DNA of 35,715 nucleotides from Octopus sinensis (lineage: Eukaryota): positions 1-35,715 of the forward strand of contig NW_021826270.1 of assembly GCF_006345805.1 (NCBI RefSeq). The letters are read 5' to 3'. The position numbers and the translations under genes are program-made. The stretch's first letter is position 1; every line of letters begins with the position of its first letter. Below are positions 24,286 to 35,715 of the stretch, in pieces. Under the pieces are notes generated by a model that made no database searches, was not told where the DNA came from, and was given only the letters and a program-made list of their open reading frames with translations.

Positions 24286-26023
24286 CCTCCTTCACAGAAA
24301 AATTATGTCATTTAATATTATAATTTAATATTATCATTAATATTCACTTCAGTTTTATATTAAAGAACACTTAGGCATGGTTATGTATCTCATTGCATCA
24401 CACACAAACACACACACAAACACACTCACTCACACACAGATACACACACACACACACACATACACACACATACACACACACACACCAGGACATATACACT
24501 TGAAGACCCTTCACTCAACAAAATCCTCGCCTGTCATCCTTCTTTCGTATAAAATATCGTTACTTTGATAACGAAAATTCTTTTCCCATAACTTTAAAGC
24601 TGCTAAAACCTTTAATTCCTCTTCTGAATTATTATAATTTCTCTATCATATACTTTATTTCACAAACGTAATTTTCTGAAACGAACTATTGTTAAGTGAA
24701 TTTGTATCGTTTGCTTCCATGTCAATCATTATATATACCATTTAAATTATTATCGTTATTGATAACTTGATTTTCTTTAGTGACACTATCGTTAAATGAA
24801 TCTATCGTCTGCTCAGAGGAAATATTTGGCTGCTATTTCTCGCACATCCAGCTTAAGCTTCACAGATTCCTCACAAAGAGAATGGTGGATGACAATGTGA
24901 ACACTGGAGGGTCTAACAAAGAATTTAGAAATGCACTTCATTTTAATGTCGACTTTAGACGTTGTATTTGCGAAGATATCGATGATCAATAGGTATCGAG
25001 CAAAAGTGAGATCGATTCTAAAACATGAAAAATATGTCGTCTGATCGTATAACAATATTTTGATCATTTCCTGTTAATGTCGCTTTTAAACGATTATTCT
25101 AAAATAATTTTGTTTCTTCCTTTGCTTCTGACGTTATTTCTTTGATACGAAAGTTTCTTAAGAGTATTACTTCTTCTCTGCCCCTCCACTGTTCATAAGT
25201 GTTGGCTAGGTTTTCATTGTTTAGGGCTCTGCAATATGCTTGGTTTCTTTTATTTAATATCTTAACCCGGATGTTTTTCATTTGATTTCTCTTTTTGTAT
25301 GTCTCCTTTTTCCAAGCTGAGTTCATTCAATTCTTTTAGTACGTCTTGTGTGGTTGAATTTAGGTTGTGGATATCCGTTTCTGGAGTTCTGCTTTGGTTC
25401 TCATTTTGTTGTTGGTATGTAAGAAGGGAATAAAGTGTTTCTATGTAGATTTGCGTCTTTTGTGCCATTTCATGGAAGGCATCAGCAAGGCAATCATTTT
25501 TTTATCATGGTTGAAAGCTTTTGGTAAATTTCTTCTAGTATTTTAGGTTTCAGTGATTCGGCACACACACAAATGTGCATAAATGTATTATATGTATATA
25601 TATATGTGTGTGTATATTGACATATACATATACATGAATATATACGTATATATAATTCTGATAACTGTGTGTGCGTGTATATATATACATACATATACAC
25701 ACACACAGATATCACAATTTGTAAAAAAGTACTTAGATTATTTCAAGTTAATTTCAGTTCCGCGAATGCAAACAGTCTCATACAGTTACGCATATACACA
25801 CACACACACACACAAAACCCGATACCTCTTCTTTCTCCCACCCTTCCTCTCTCTTTCTATCACTTTCTTTCCCCTCTCTCATTTACACTCTTCCACTACC
25901 AATGCCCATATTTGACTGCTGACGCAAACTTTTCATATCGCATTCATATAATGAGAAATAAAGACGCCAATCTATATCTACACACACCTACACACAAACA
26001 CACATACACACACACACAGACAT

Positions 26024-26061
<38 letters not shown>

Positions 26062-27293
26062 GCATAATTGTATGCGTTGTGTTCCGCTACTTCAATGAAA
26101 AAATGTATGGTAAATAAACAAATGACGTAAAATATATATTTACATGCGCACATATATATATATAAACATTCACTAACTCGTACGATCAGAGGCTAAAACC
26201 ACTTTATTGGTAAGTTACGATTTTCTTTATATTATATCGGCCTTCTATTGGCCATTGTCCAGTCTCCTCAACGGCATAAAGGATGGGATAAAAAGGGTCT
26301 CCACCGTTAAGACCTCATTAATTTGTGTCCCCAAATAACCTAAAATGATTTTTTATGCTTTTATTTTTACTTCAGTAATTTTCAGTTAACCCATTAGCAT
26401 TGGCACTGGCCACGTTGGGCCCAAATATTCTTCCTGTTTTCTGTGGAAACTGAACACATTAGCCCTTTCACAACAACCATGCAAAGTTATTCTAAAAGTA
26501 AGCAGTCACGTAATCAAAATCTCAAAGCTAGAAGATAACGTATGATTAATTGTAAACGATGTGAATAATTAAGTAATTCATCTGAATGTTTAGGGAGTAT
26601 CCCCTTCTAGCTTGTACAATAATGAAACAGCAATTCCATCTCAAATTACAAGTGGAGTCTTTTTTAAGAACACATTTCAGGTTCGAGGGAGTTGTGAAGA
26701 ATGTTAGTAGTACAAAAAATCGGGTCCGTATTTTTCTTAGTAGATGAGTTTTGTTAATTATTGTTTGAAGCCAGGAAGGGTCAAATGAGAGTAGAGACGG
26801 TTGAAAAGCAAAAATTTTATGAAAATTGTGATGTGTATTGGAGAGATTTAGGAGGCTGAGAGGAGGATGAAAAATCGATTGATCATAATACTTGGAATAA
26901 ATTTGGGATGCGTGTTATATATATTTGTATTTCTGTGGGTATCTATATATATGCTGACTACTTTATGTTTTAATACTGTGTATTTATATAGGAGTTTATA
27001 TGTATATATATTGTGCGTATATGTGTGTGTGTTTGCATGTATATATGTAAGCGCTTGTATGTATATATCATGTATTTGTAAATGTGATGTATTAGTAAAT
27101 GCAAGTTAGGATATTTCAGAGTTATTGCATATGCTCATATATTTATATATATATATATTTAAATATATATATATATATATATTTACATATATATATATTT
27201 ATATATATATATTTATATACATATATGCATTCATAGACACACATACACACACACATACACACGCATCTAAACTATCTAACCTCTAAACCGGGG
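24048..27293. repeat. ~3.25 kb tandem unit, copy 1
   Basis: AGCTCTGCCGATTCAAGACAAGCTCTACAG occurs at 24048 and 27294, with collinear sequence downstream. Confidence 0.95.
24813..25565 (-). mobile_element. Decayed helical/charged ORF remnant, probably from a retroelement (possibly a Penelope-like N-terminal region)
   Basis: Overlapping minus-strand ORFs: EEIYQKLS..HEMAQKTQIYIETLYSLL.. / KILNKRNQAYCRALNNENLANTYEQWRGREEVILLRNFRIKEI. Intronless and frameshifted. The family assignment is from recollection only. Confidence 0.35.
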
Positions 27294-27530
27294 AGCTCTG
27301 CCGATTCAAGACAAGCTCTACAGATACGAAAGTGTTGTCGGACGGATATGTCGTGGGTGTGCACAGGGCGATGAAATAGTCCTGCATGCACTCGTCCGTC
27401 CAGTTTATGAGCCGAGTTCATTGTAAAGATCGCCCCGCCACCTTCATTTGGCCGGGAAGGAAAAGCAGTTTCTTCTGCCTGGTGGCTAAACAAGTACAGT
27501 GGTGGACGAGACTGAAAACATTGAAGACTG
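27294..27530 (+). mobile_element. Duplicated 3' piece of Tx1 fragment B
   Basis: Matches 24048-24285. Confidence 0.75.
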
Positions 27531-28029
27531 AACCTCCTTCACAGAAAAATTATGTCATATAATATTATCATTTAATATTATCATTAATATTCGATTCAGT
27601 TTTATATTAAAGAAACACTTAGGCATGGTTATGTATCTCATTGCATCACATACAAACACACACACAAACACACAACACACACACACATACACACACACAC
27701 ACCAGGACATATACAATTGAAGACCTTTCACACCACAAAATCCTCGCCTGCCATCCTTCTTTCGTATAAAATATCGTTACTTTGATAACGAAAATTCTTT
27801 TCCCATAACTTTAAAGCTGCTAAAACCTTTAATTCCTCTTCAGAATTGTTATAATTTCTCTTTCATATACTTTATTTCACAAACGTAATTTTCTGAAACG
27901 AACTATTGTTAAATGAATTTGTATCGTTTGCTTCCATGTCAATCATTATATATACCATTTAAATTATTATCGTTATTGATAACGTGATTTTCTGAAGTGA
28001 CACTATCGTTAAATGAATCTATCGTCTGC

Positions 28030-28790
28030 TCAGAGGAAATATTTGGCTGCTATTTCTAGCACATCCAGCTTAAGCTTCACAGATTCCTCACAAAGAGAAT
28101 GGTGGATGACAATGTGAACACTGGAGGGTCTAACAAAGAATTTAGAAATGTACTTCATTTTAAAGTTGACTTTAGACGTTGTATTTGCGAAGATATCGAT
28201 GATCAATAGGTATCGAGCAAAAGTGAGATCGATTCTAAAACATGAAAAATCTGTCGTCTGATCGTAGAACAATATTTTGATCATTTCCTGTTAATGTCGC
28301 TTTTAAACGATTTTTCTCAAATATTTTTTGTTTCTTCCTTTGCTTCTGACGTTATTTCTTTGATACGAAAGTTTCTTGAGAGTATTACTTCTTCTCTGCC
28401 CCTCCGCTGTTCATAAGTGTTGGCTAGGTTTTCATTGTTTAGGGCTCTGCAATATGCTTTGTTTCTTTTATTTAATATCTTAATCCGGATGTTTTTCATT
28501 TGATTTCTCTTTTTGTATGTCTCCTTTTTCCAAGCTGAGTTCATTCAATTCTTTTAGTACGTCTTGTGTGGTTGAATTTAGGTTGTGGATATCCGTTTCT
28601 GGAGTTCTGCTTTGGTTCTCATTTTGTTGTTGGTATGTAAGAAGGGAATAAAGTGTTTCTATGTAGATTTGCGTCTTTTGTGCCATTTCATGGAAGGCAT
28701 CAGCAAGATATTCATGTTTTCTCATGGTTGAAAGTTTTTGGTAAATTTCTTCTAATATTTCAGATTTCAGTGATTCGGCACACACACACA
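28030..28790 (-). mobile_element. Duplicate of the decayed ORF remnant
   Basis: ORFs 28480-28929, 28317-28544 and 28030-28284 match 24813-25565. Confidence 0.35.
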
Positions 28791-28812
28791 CACACCTAAA
28801 TGTGCATGAATG

Positions 28813-28843
<31 letters not shown>

Positions 28844-29210
28844 GATATATACTTATACATGAATATATACGTATATATAATTCTGATAACTGTGTGTATC
28901 TTTATATATATATACATATATACACACACACATAGATATCACAATTTGCAAAATAGTACTTAGATTATTTCAAGTTAATTTCAGTTCCGCAAATGCAAAC
29001 AGTCTCATGCAGTTACGCATATACACACACACACACAAAACCCACTTCTTCTTCTTTCTCCCGCCCTATCTCTCTCTCTCTTTCTATCACTTTCTTTCCC
29101 CTCTCTCATTTACACTTTTCCACTATCAACGCCCATCTATGACTGCTGACGCAAACTTTTCATATCGCATTCATATAATGAGAAATAAAGACGCCAATCT
29201 ATATCGACAG

Positions 29211-29271
<61 letters not shown>

Positions 29272-30144
29272 GCATAATTGTGTGCGTTGTGTTCCGCTAC
29301 TTCAATGAAAAAATTTATGGTAAATAAACAAATGACGCAATATATATATATGCGCACATATATATATATATAGATATATATAAACATTCACTAACTCTTA
29401 CGAACAGAGGCGAAATCACTTGTTTGGTAAGTTACGATTTTCATTATATTATATCGGCCTTCTATTGACCATTGTCCAGTCTCCTCAACAGCATTAAGGA
29501 TGGGATAAAAAGGGTCTCCATCGTTAAGTCCTCATTAATTTGTGTCCGCAAATTACCTAAAATGTTTTTTTATGCTTTTATTTTTACTTCAGTAATTTTC
29601 AGTTAACCCATTAGCATTGGCACTGGCCACGTCGGGCCCAAATATTCTTCCTGATTTCTGTTGAAACTGCACAGATCAGCCCTTTCACAACCACCATGCA
29701 AAGTTATTCTAAATGTAAGCAATCACATAATCAGAATCTCAAAGCTAGAACATAACGTATGTTTAATTGTAAACGATGTGAATAAATAAGTAATTCATCT
29801 GAATGTTGAAGGAGTATACCCTTCTAGCTGGTACACTAATGAAACAGCAATTCCATCTCAAATTACAAGTGGGGTCTTTTTTAAGAACACATTTCAGGTA
29901 CGAGGGAGTGGTTAAGAATGTTAGTAGTACAAAAAATCGGGTCGGTATTTTTCTTAGTAGATGAGTTTTGTTAAGTATTGTTTGAGGCCGAGAAGTGTCA
30001 AATGACAGTAGAGGCGGTTGAAATGCAAAGAATTTGAAGAAATTTGTGATGTGTGTTGGTGAGATTTGGGAGGCTGAGAGGAGGATGAAAAAGCGATTGA
30101 TTATAATTTGCTTCGTTTGATTTAGGGCCATTTTTATTTGTTCA

Positions 30145-30192
30145 CTAGCAGTATTACTCACCTCGTGCGCTCGTGCGTTCTATGCACGCGCG
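30145..30192 (-). mobile_element. Possible Helitron-like 3' terminus
   Basis: On the minus strand a GC-rich hairpin (CGTGC-N7-GCACG, 30172-30188) lies upstream of CTAG|T (30145-30148). No 5' end was identified. Confidence 0.3.
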
Positions 30193-30875
30193 AATTAATC
30201 CAAACTTGGTTTTAAAATCAAGCATTTAATGCCCTCTATTTTTGCGCTTAAGTGTACCATTTCTTCAATAGGAAGTACGTATAAGTGTTTCATAATTTTT
30301 TTTTGATCAAATAATTGCATTGTTGAATTATTCTTTTAGATCAGTATTTCTCAACGGGGATTTCAGAGGTGAGTTTCAGGGAGTCGCTGGCGATGTATCG
30401 TGATGATCAAAAATCCGGCCTGCTAAAATTTGGTTAGTGATTCAAACTGCAGACTCAACGCAAAATGGTCATATTTAATTCAAAGCGTTAAAAATGTTAT
30501 GAAAACAATTGGTATGAGTTCACAAAGTCCAAACGATTAATACGAAAAAACCCTCCAGGCTACACCCCGAAAATTCATTTCGTTGCCGAATTTCTATAAT
30601 GTTTACGGCGATTCGTTTTTATATCTTGATTTGTTTATTTTTCATGCAATTTACGCATGCTTGCACGCGTGGTGAACACAGTTCACGTCAAACAGCTGAC
30701 TGAGTAAAGTTCACTATTCAATGCATGGGAGAAGGCCTAAACAAACACATTATCGATTTTTGCACTTGCGAGATGAATTTCGGAACAGAAATAGCGCAGT
30801 TCAATTTTCATTCGCCTAAACTTTAAGTGACCCATGTTTGGTGGTTCTACGATTTGTTGGCTAGGAGGAGATGTG

Positions 30876-30883
30876 CCGGGAAG
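30876..30883 (+). promoter_or_regulatory. ETS-type motif CCGGAAGT in the putative promoter region of the LRR gene
   Basis: Exact motif ~600 bp upstream of the ATG. A GTAAGT donor at 30983 could end a 5' UTR exon. A single 8-mer is weak evidence. Confidence 0.25.
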
Positions 30884-31493
30884 TAAAAGACACAGACACA
30901 CACACAGATACACACACACAAGTTGAGTTTTATATATATAGATTTACGTTCATGCTTTATTCTTGTTTTCAGTAAAAAAAAAGTAAGTAAAATGAAATCA
31001 TGATAGTTTATTTAAGGAAAACTTTGTATGAACGCTTCTAAAACTGGGGTACAGGAAAAATCCTTTGATACAATACAGTTGCTTGTGGGGTCCCATCGGA
31101 TTTAACGACCCAACCGGGTTTACAACCACTGCGTATTTAGGGTCTACGAAACTCATGGTTCGCTAGTTTTGTATATATATATATTACACCCCCCTCCGAG
31201 TATGGTTACAGATGTGTGTAGGAGTGCGTTTGTGTTTGTGTGTGTGAGTTTGGTGTTTTCTTTGATATTATTACGCGTTAAAGCTATAATATTTTTATAA
31301 ATTTCTTCACACTAATTTATCGAAATTTAATTTTTTAGCTTTAAATATCCAATCACGAAAACAAAAATATATTTGTCATGTGGAACAGGGGTGAATTTTA
31401 GTTCCTTCGGAGAATCTGCAATTTGAAGTTAATAACATTGAAATCTCTGACATTTCCTATTTTTTTTTTACAGATAAATCTACGCCTGGCAAT

Positions 31494-31684
31494 ATGTTTC
31501 ACCACGTAGTATCATATAGACGGTCTCTTGTGTTGATACTGTGTACGATATTGTTTTTGGAGACTCAAGCTGATTCAGATATATGCAACACATGTTATTG
31601 CAATGTACTTACAACGAGAATAAATTGTGAACGTCGCAATTTACTATCAATTCCACAACCAATTCCGACGAATGTTGAATATTT
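31494..31684 (+). CDS. First coding exon of a secreted or membrane leucine-rich-repeat protein (signal peptide + LRRNT cap)
   Basis: MFHHVVSYRRSLVLILCTILFLETQA (signal-like) then DICNTCYCNVLTTRINCERRNLLSIPQPIPTNVEYL (CxxCxC..C..L..IP..IP). Acceptor T-tract+ACAG ends at 31473 and a phase-2 donor TT|GTAAGT starts at 31685. Confidence 0.88.
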
Positions 31685-32142
31685 GTAAGTATTTGACACT
31701 TTCTACGTATTTTCCACATCCAATATTTTAAATTCTCATTGATTATGTTCTCAGCTAATTGCTTATGCTGTTTATCTCACAGCTTTAAGCACAATCTTAT
31801 GTTAGAGTAAAACAAATCGATGTGTTACCTGCTGTGAAGTCAAATAAACTGTTACTTACCATATTGAATTTATAATATATAACATCGCATACACAGAGAT
31901 TGGATATGACTAGTATCTGACTTTGATTTCATTTGTCTGAACTTATCAAATCTTACGGTATATTCAATGAACGGACAGTATAAAAACTTTAGTGCTAAGA
32001 AAACGTGTATTCCACATAGTTATATTATATCATTAATTAGTTGAATTGTTGCTTATTATTACAGTAATATGATATAATATCAGTTGATCGTGTCACAGAA
32101 TAATTGTTAATTATTGTTTGTGTTAATTTTATAATAGAATAT

Positions 32143-32357
32143 GCAGCGAGCTATCAGAATCGTTGTGCACGCCAGACAAAATGTTGAGCGGTATTTCGTT
32201 CGTCTTTACGTTTCGATTTTAAATTCTGTCGAGGTTGACTTTGTTTTTCATTCTTTTGGAGTCGGTAAAATAAATAGCAATTTATCTCTGAGATCAATGT
32301 AAAGGACTTGTCCCTTTCCCAAAATTTCAGGTTTGTTCCTATGGAAGAAATTATTAT
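32143..32357 (+). mobile_element. tRNA-derived SINE (same head and body as 21204-21438, tail type 3), intronic
   Basis: GAGCTATCAGAATCG...GCGGTATTTCG...GAGGTTGACTTTG...; different tail ending AATTATTATT. Confidence 0.8.
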
Positions 32358-32959
32358 TTTTATAATTAAAAATGATACAGATGGATTAAACAGCAGATAA
32401 TGACGAGATCCGCTTAAATTGCCAAATTCTTAAAATACCTAAGTGAAGAAATCAAAATAGTGTTGTTTTAACAAATTATGAGGAATTTATTTTTGATAGA
32501 ATGTCATCAGTAAAATTTACCCTATCATGAACACAATAAAACTTATTACAAAATTATGCAAGCTTAATTGAAGTTTCGGCTGATTGATGTATCCCCGTTC
32601 ACCTGAAAATTTACGTAATTTTTAAGTAAATTATTAAAATTTAACGTCTCAAGAAATGGAATAGAATAAAAAAGAGTAATTATTTGATACATCAATCATA
32701 ACAAATACTTTCAGTTTTAATCAAATATTCTAATACTAAAGTGGATCAATTCATTCGATCAGATCTATTTCTCAAAACATTTGGAACGTTTTGACAAAAT
32801 GAGAAATCCTAATGTAAAATAAAGAGAAAAGTTTCAATAATGGAATTCCTAAATCTCGTATAACTCAAGATGTTGAATAGTAAAGTTGAAGTTCTATTTA
32901 ATAAGTTAGATATTTTCATCGTTCATAACTTGAGCGAGGATAGGCACAAATCTTTTGAC

Positions 32960-33060
32960 CGTCTAGCAGAATACATTGCGTTCTGACACACGGCAATCTG
33001 ACTTCAAGTCCCGCCAAGGTCAACCTTGGTCATTCATTTCAGAGATCAATAAAGAACCAT
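32960..33060 (+). mobile_element. Highly degenerate SINE remnant
   Basis: CTAGCAGAAT...GACTTCAAGTCCCGCCAAGGTCAACCTT loosely matches the SINE head and B-box. Confidence 0.4.
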
Positions 33061-33959
33061 AACAGTTCAATGAACAAATGCAACTATGAGGACCTCGAAT
33101 AAGACACCTTGCAGTATATTGTCCAGTTGTCTGTGACCTGAGTTAAAATTCCACACTTTTTATTTTACCGATTTTGGAGAAAGGATCATACAAGTTTTTT
33201 AACCCCTGCAAGATCTCCAATACTTGTGAGACAGATATCATTAATATTCCGTTTGAGCTGTTGCAGGTTAACCTTTACAGGAATGATTAACAGGGATGCT
33301 ATTTAGGGGATGAAGGATTTAGCATAGATGGCTAATAATGGTAACAAACTGAGGTTTTATACAGCAAGAGTAAGGAGCAAAGGGCTAAAAAAAGACGAAA
33401 AACTAAGGCAATGTATGTTGCCACATCCCTTTTTAAATAACACCCTTAACCAGTTAAATCACCATGTAAGGTTGTTCTCCTTTGTAGCACATAACTCAAA
33501 ATTATATCAGGGTTTTCCCCACTCTACCATCACCAATTCTATTAATAAATCCCTTTCTATTTCTGTTATGTTTTCCTTCCTAGTCTATTATTTCAGTCTT
33601 GAAGTTTTGGGGGTTTATTTATTTTTGTGAAGAACTTTTATGCATCAATTATGCAAAGGAGAGGAGTTTACTTTTGCAAAGATAAATTACTTTTGACAGC
33701 AAAGTGTAATAACAAATAGAATGCTCATTGGACAGAAACAAGATATTTATAAATAAAGCTGACTTCTGAGATGATAAAAATTTCTTCCACTGAAAACTGA
33801 TGTTGCAACGAAGGCTTTGTAAATCTAATTCAAATCACAAATATTTTGAACATCCATTCTTTTCTCATATTTTACATGCATGTGTGTTTTTCATTCATAC
33901 TTTACGTGGTGTCTTAAATCTGTTTTATATCTTATATAATAAAATATACGAAAATGCAA

Positions 33960-34640
33960 ACAGAACCTTCGTGAAGACGAAAGAACCTTACAAACTGCAA
34001 ATTGACAATTTAATCATCCTAAACGAAACCGATTGGGGAGGGTGATAGCAGTCACGGACCAAGACTACTATAAAGATAAAATATTGGAAACAGACTAATC
34101 CTGCTACAAGGAAGAACCAAGACACGCGGAGAAAGTAATAATGAATACATCCAAAATTAAGATAAAAGAATACCAACGTTCGTTCACAGATAAAGAGAAA
34201 GATTATTTATGCAGCTCTGTAATGAAGAGAGTAATTTCTATGGATCACCCAAGATCTGCCAATGCTCCAAAACGCAAGGATCAGCATATAAAAATACTAA
34301 GACCTACTGACATCAATTGAGACCAACAGTTGCTGGACCTTGAGCCCCAACACAACAACTGAGCCATCTTTTGGATATACTCCTCAAACCGTTTGCCCAT
34401 TAATGCCCAGCTATACCCGAGACGATATGGATTTCATCAACACATTCCACCCACTGTCCCAGAAAGTACTATACTTAAAAGATTTGACTAATCTTTGTAC
34501 AAATACATCACACTTTGGGCCTGGGAGCAATCAAACACTGGGTAGAAAAACATAGCGGACGGATGGACGAACGCTTCAAAACGCATTTCCAAAGACACAC
34601 GCCGGGAACTAGAAGACAACACCTTTAGATTCGATAGAAG
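33960..34640 (+). mobile_element. Penelope-like reverse transcriptase fragment (pseudogenised), intronic
   Basis: DQDYYKDKIL; SNFYGSPKI (~34230); LRPTVAGP*APTQQLSHLLDILLKPF (~34318); SYTRDDMDF; LGAIKHWVEK. These are PLE RT N-terminal motifs (FYGLPKIHK, LRPIV). Confidence 0.85.
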
Positions 34641-35194
34641 GTGCATTTACGGGGCTTTCAAATTTAAAAGAATTGTAAGTTCGTTCAGTTTCTTGATACT
34701 ATTTTCCGAAAGTAATAATTGTATAAAATTTCAGACTGAACCAAACAAAATCAATTCAAATTTGTAGAATGAACACGATTTAGGAATATACAAAGAGAAT
34801 ATGAGAGAGCGAGACAATGTGAAAGAAAGAGAGAGAATTTGAGAGTGAAAGTGAAATAATAGGAAAACTATAATGTTCCTTTATTGTAGTTGCTTTGTTT
34901 CAATTCGCATCTCAATAACTCATTTTTGTTTCCCAAATTTCAATGATTTTGATATGAATTTGTATTAGAAATGGTAACTTTTGTGAGTTTACATGTTTGC
35001 ATCAAATATTTTTAGCTGAAGTATATGTGTATGTTCATATATAAGAGTAGTTCTGTGTGAAATGTGACTATATTATTCCTTTATTTTATATTTTGCATCC
35101 TCCTCCATTTCTTATTTCAATATTCTCCTTCGTGTTTCGATATTATCATTCAACTTCGAATTTTGTCATTCACTTCACGTTATTTATGTAATAG

Positions 35195-35281
35195 AGCAAC
35201 TGAAGTGGAAGCGGAAAATATATATTCGAATAATATAGTCACATACATTCTATCTGTAAACCTGAAATACTTACTGTACTT
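35195..35281 (+). CDS. Probable further coding exon of the LRR gene (one LRR-like unit)
   Basis: 87 nt, phase 2-2, bounded by TAATAG| and TT|GTAAGC. In frame with exon 1 it reads (L)ATEVEAENIYSNNIVTYILSVNLKYLLYL, with LxxLxxL at the exon end. The acceptor is modest. Confidence 0.5.
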
Positions 35282-35644
35282 GTAAGCTGCAATATTTGGC
35301 CTGATACAATTAAACAGCTGATATATTTCTTGTAAGCGTGTTTTTTCTAATATTCTTGTGACAATGAAGCGATATGAAATAAATAATCTCTCTCACCATA
35401 TGTCCACAAGGGTGAGTGGGAATATGTGTGATGTGAGTGTGCATACCGCATTCCGTCGTTGATACTATGAATATAAGAATGCGTATGAGTGCAATTGAAT
35501 ATGTTGATTTCTGATTCCGTATATTCCCTGATTTTTCAGCCATGTCTTCTCGCCCAAAATTTTTTCATCTATCCCTTGAATTATTTCCTGATATTTCGAA
35601 AATATTTTCAGTTTCATCATCTTAACACTATGATTTTCAATGTG

Positions 35645-35715
35645 TCTTCTTCTTCGTCATCTTTTTCTTCTTCTTCTTCTTCTTCTTCTTCTTCTTCTTC
35701 TTTCTTCTTCTTCTC
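35645..35715. repeat. (CTT)n microsatellite
   Basis: Read directly; runs off the window. Confidence 0.95.

Larger units (their letters stand above)
27294..30107. repeat. ~3.25 kb tandem unit, copy 2 (3'-truncated)
   Basis: Matches 24048 to ~26888. Homology stops after GAGGAGGATGAAAAAGCGATTGATTATAAT. Confidence 0.93.

Noticed and set aside
27265-27293. CTAA-rich junction (CTAAACTATCTAACCTCTAAACC) as a telomeric healing remnant
   Set aside because: No exact CCCTAA unit and too short to distinguish from chance.
29763-30161. 132 aa hydrophobic minus-strand ORF as a 7TM or chemoreceptor fragment
   Set aside because: The frame is interrupted in the paralogous copy I translated (26640-26880) and the ORF track shows no comparable ORF in the others. 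No recognisable motif.
30342-31131. hAT-like TIR pair (CAGTATTTCTCAAC ... GTTTACAACCACTG)
   Set aside because: Only 10/14 complementary and the 8 bp flanks (TTTTAGAT vs CGTATTTA) do not form a TSD; at most separate MITE remnants.
35310-35640. Minus-strand peptide-like frames (e.g. INDGMRYAHSHHTYSHSPLWTYGERDYLFH)
   Set aside because: Short, stop-bounded, with no recognisable domain or splice support.

Overview
Eukaryotic, AT-rich, microsatellite-dense DNA. The tRNA-derived SINEs look like ones I recall from Octopus, so a cephalopod source is inferred, not proven. About 30 kb (1-30107) is a locally amplified block: two full copies and one partial copy of a ~9.2 kb unit (starts at 1, 9269, 18295), then two copies of a ~3.25 kb unit (24048, 27294). 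Both unit types are built on the same non-coding backbone, interrupted at its microsatellites by different insertions. The cargo is decayed transposon DNA: three Tx1-clade (L1 superfamily) LINE fragments, two Penelope-like GIY-YIG fragments, SINEs and a Tc2/pogo-like end. None is intact. The unique right end holds the first coding exon (signal peptide + LRR N-cap) and a probable further exon of a leucine-rich-repeat gene, with a SINE and a Penelope-like RT fragment in the intervening intron. The best leads are a Tx1 LINE inserted in (TATC)n with a recognisable TSD, a SINE whose 3' tail matches that LINE's tail, and SINE tails swapped at one conserved hairpin. I found no prokaryotic-type system (CRISPR, operon, rRNA). 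Boundaries were read by eye and may be off by a few to tens of bases.
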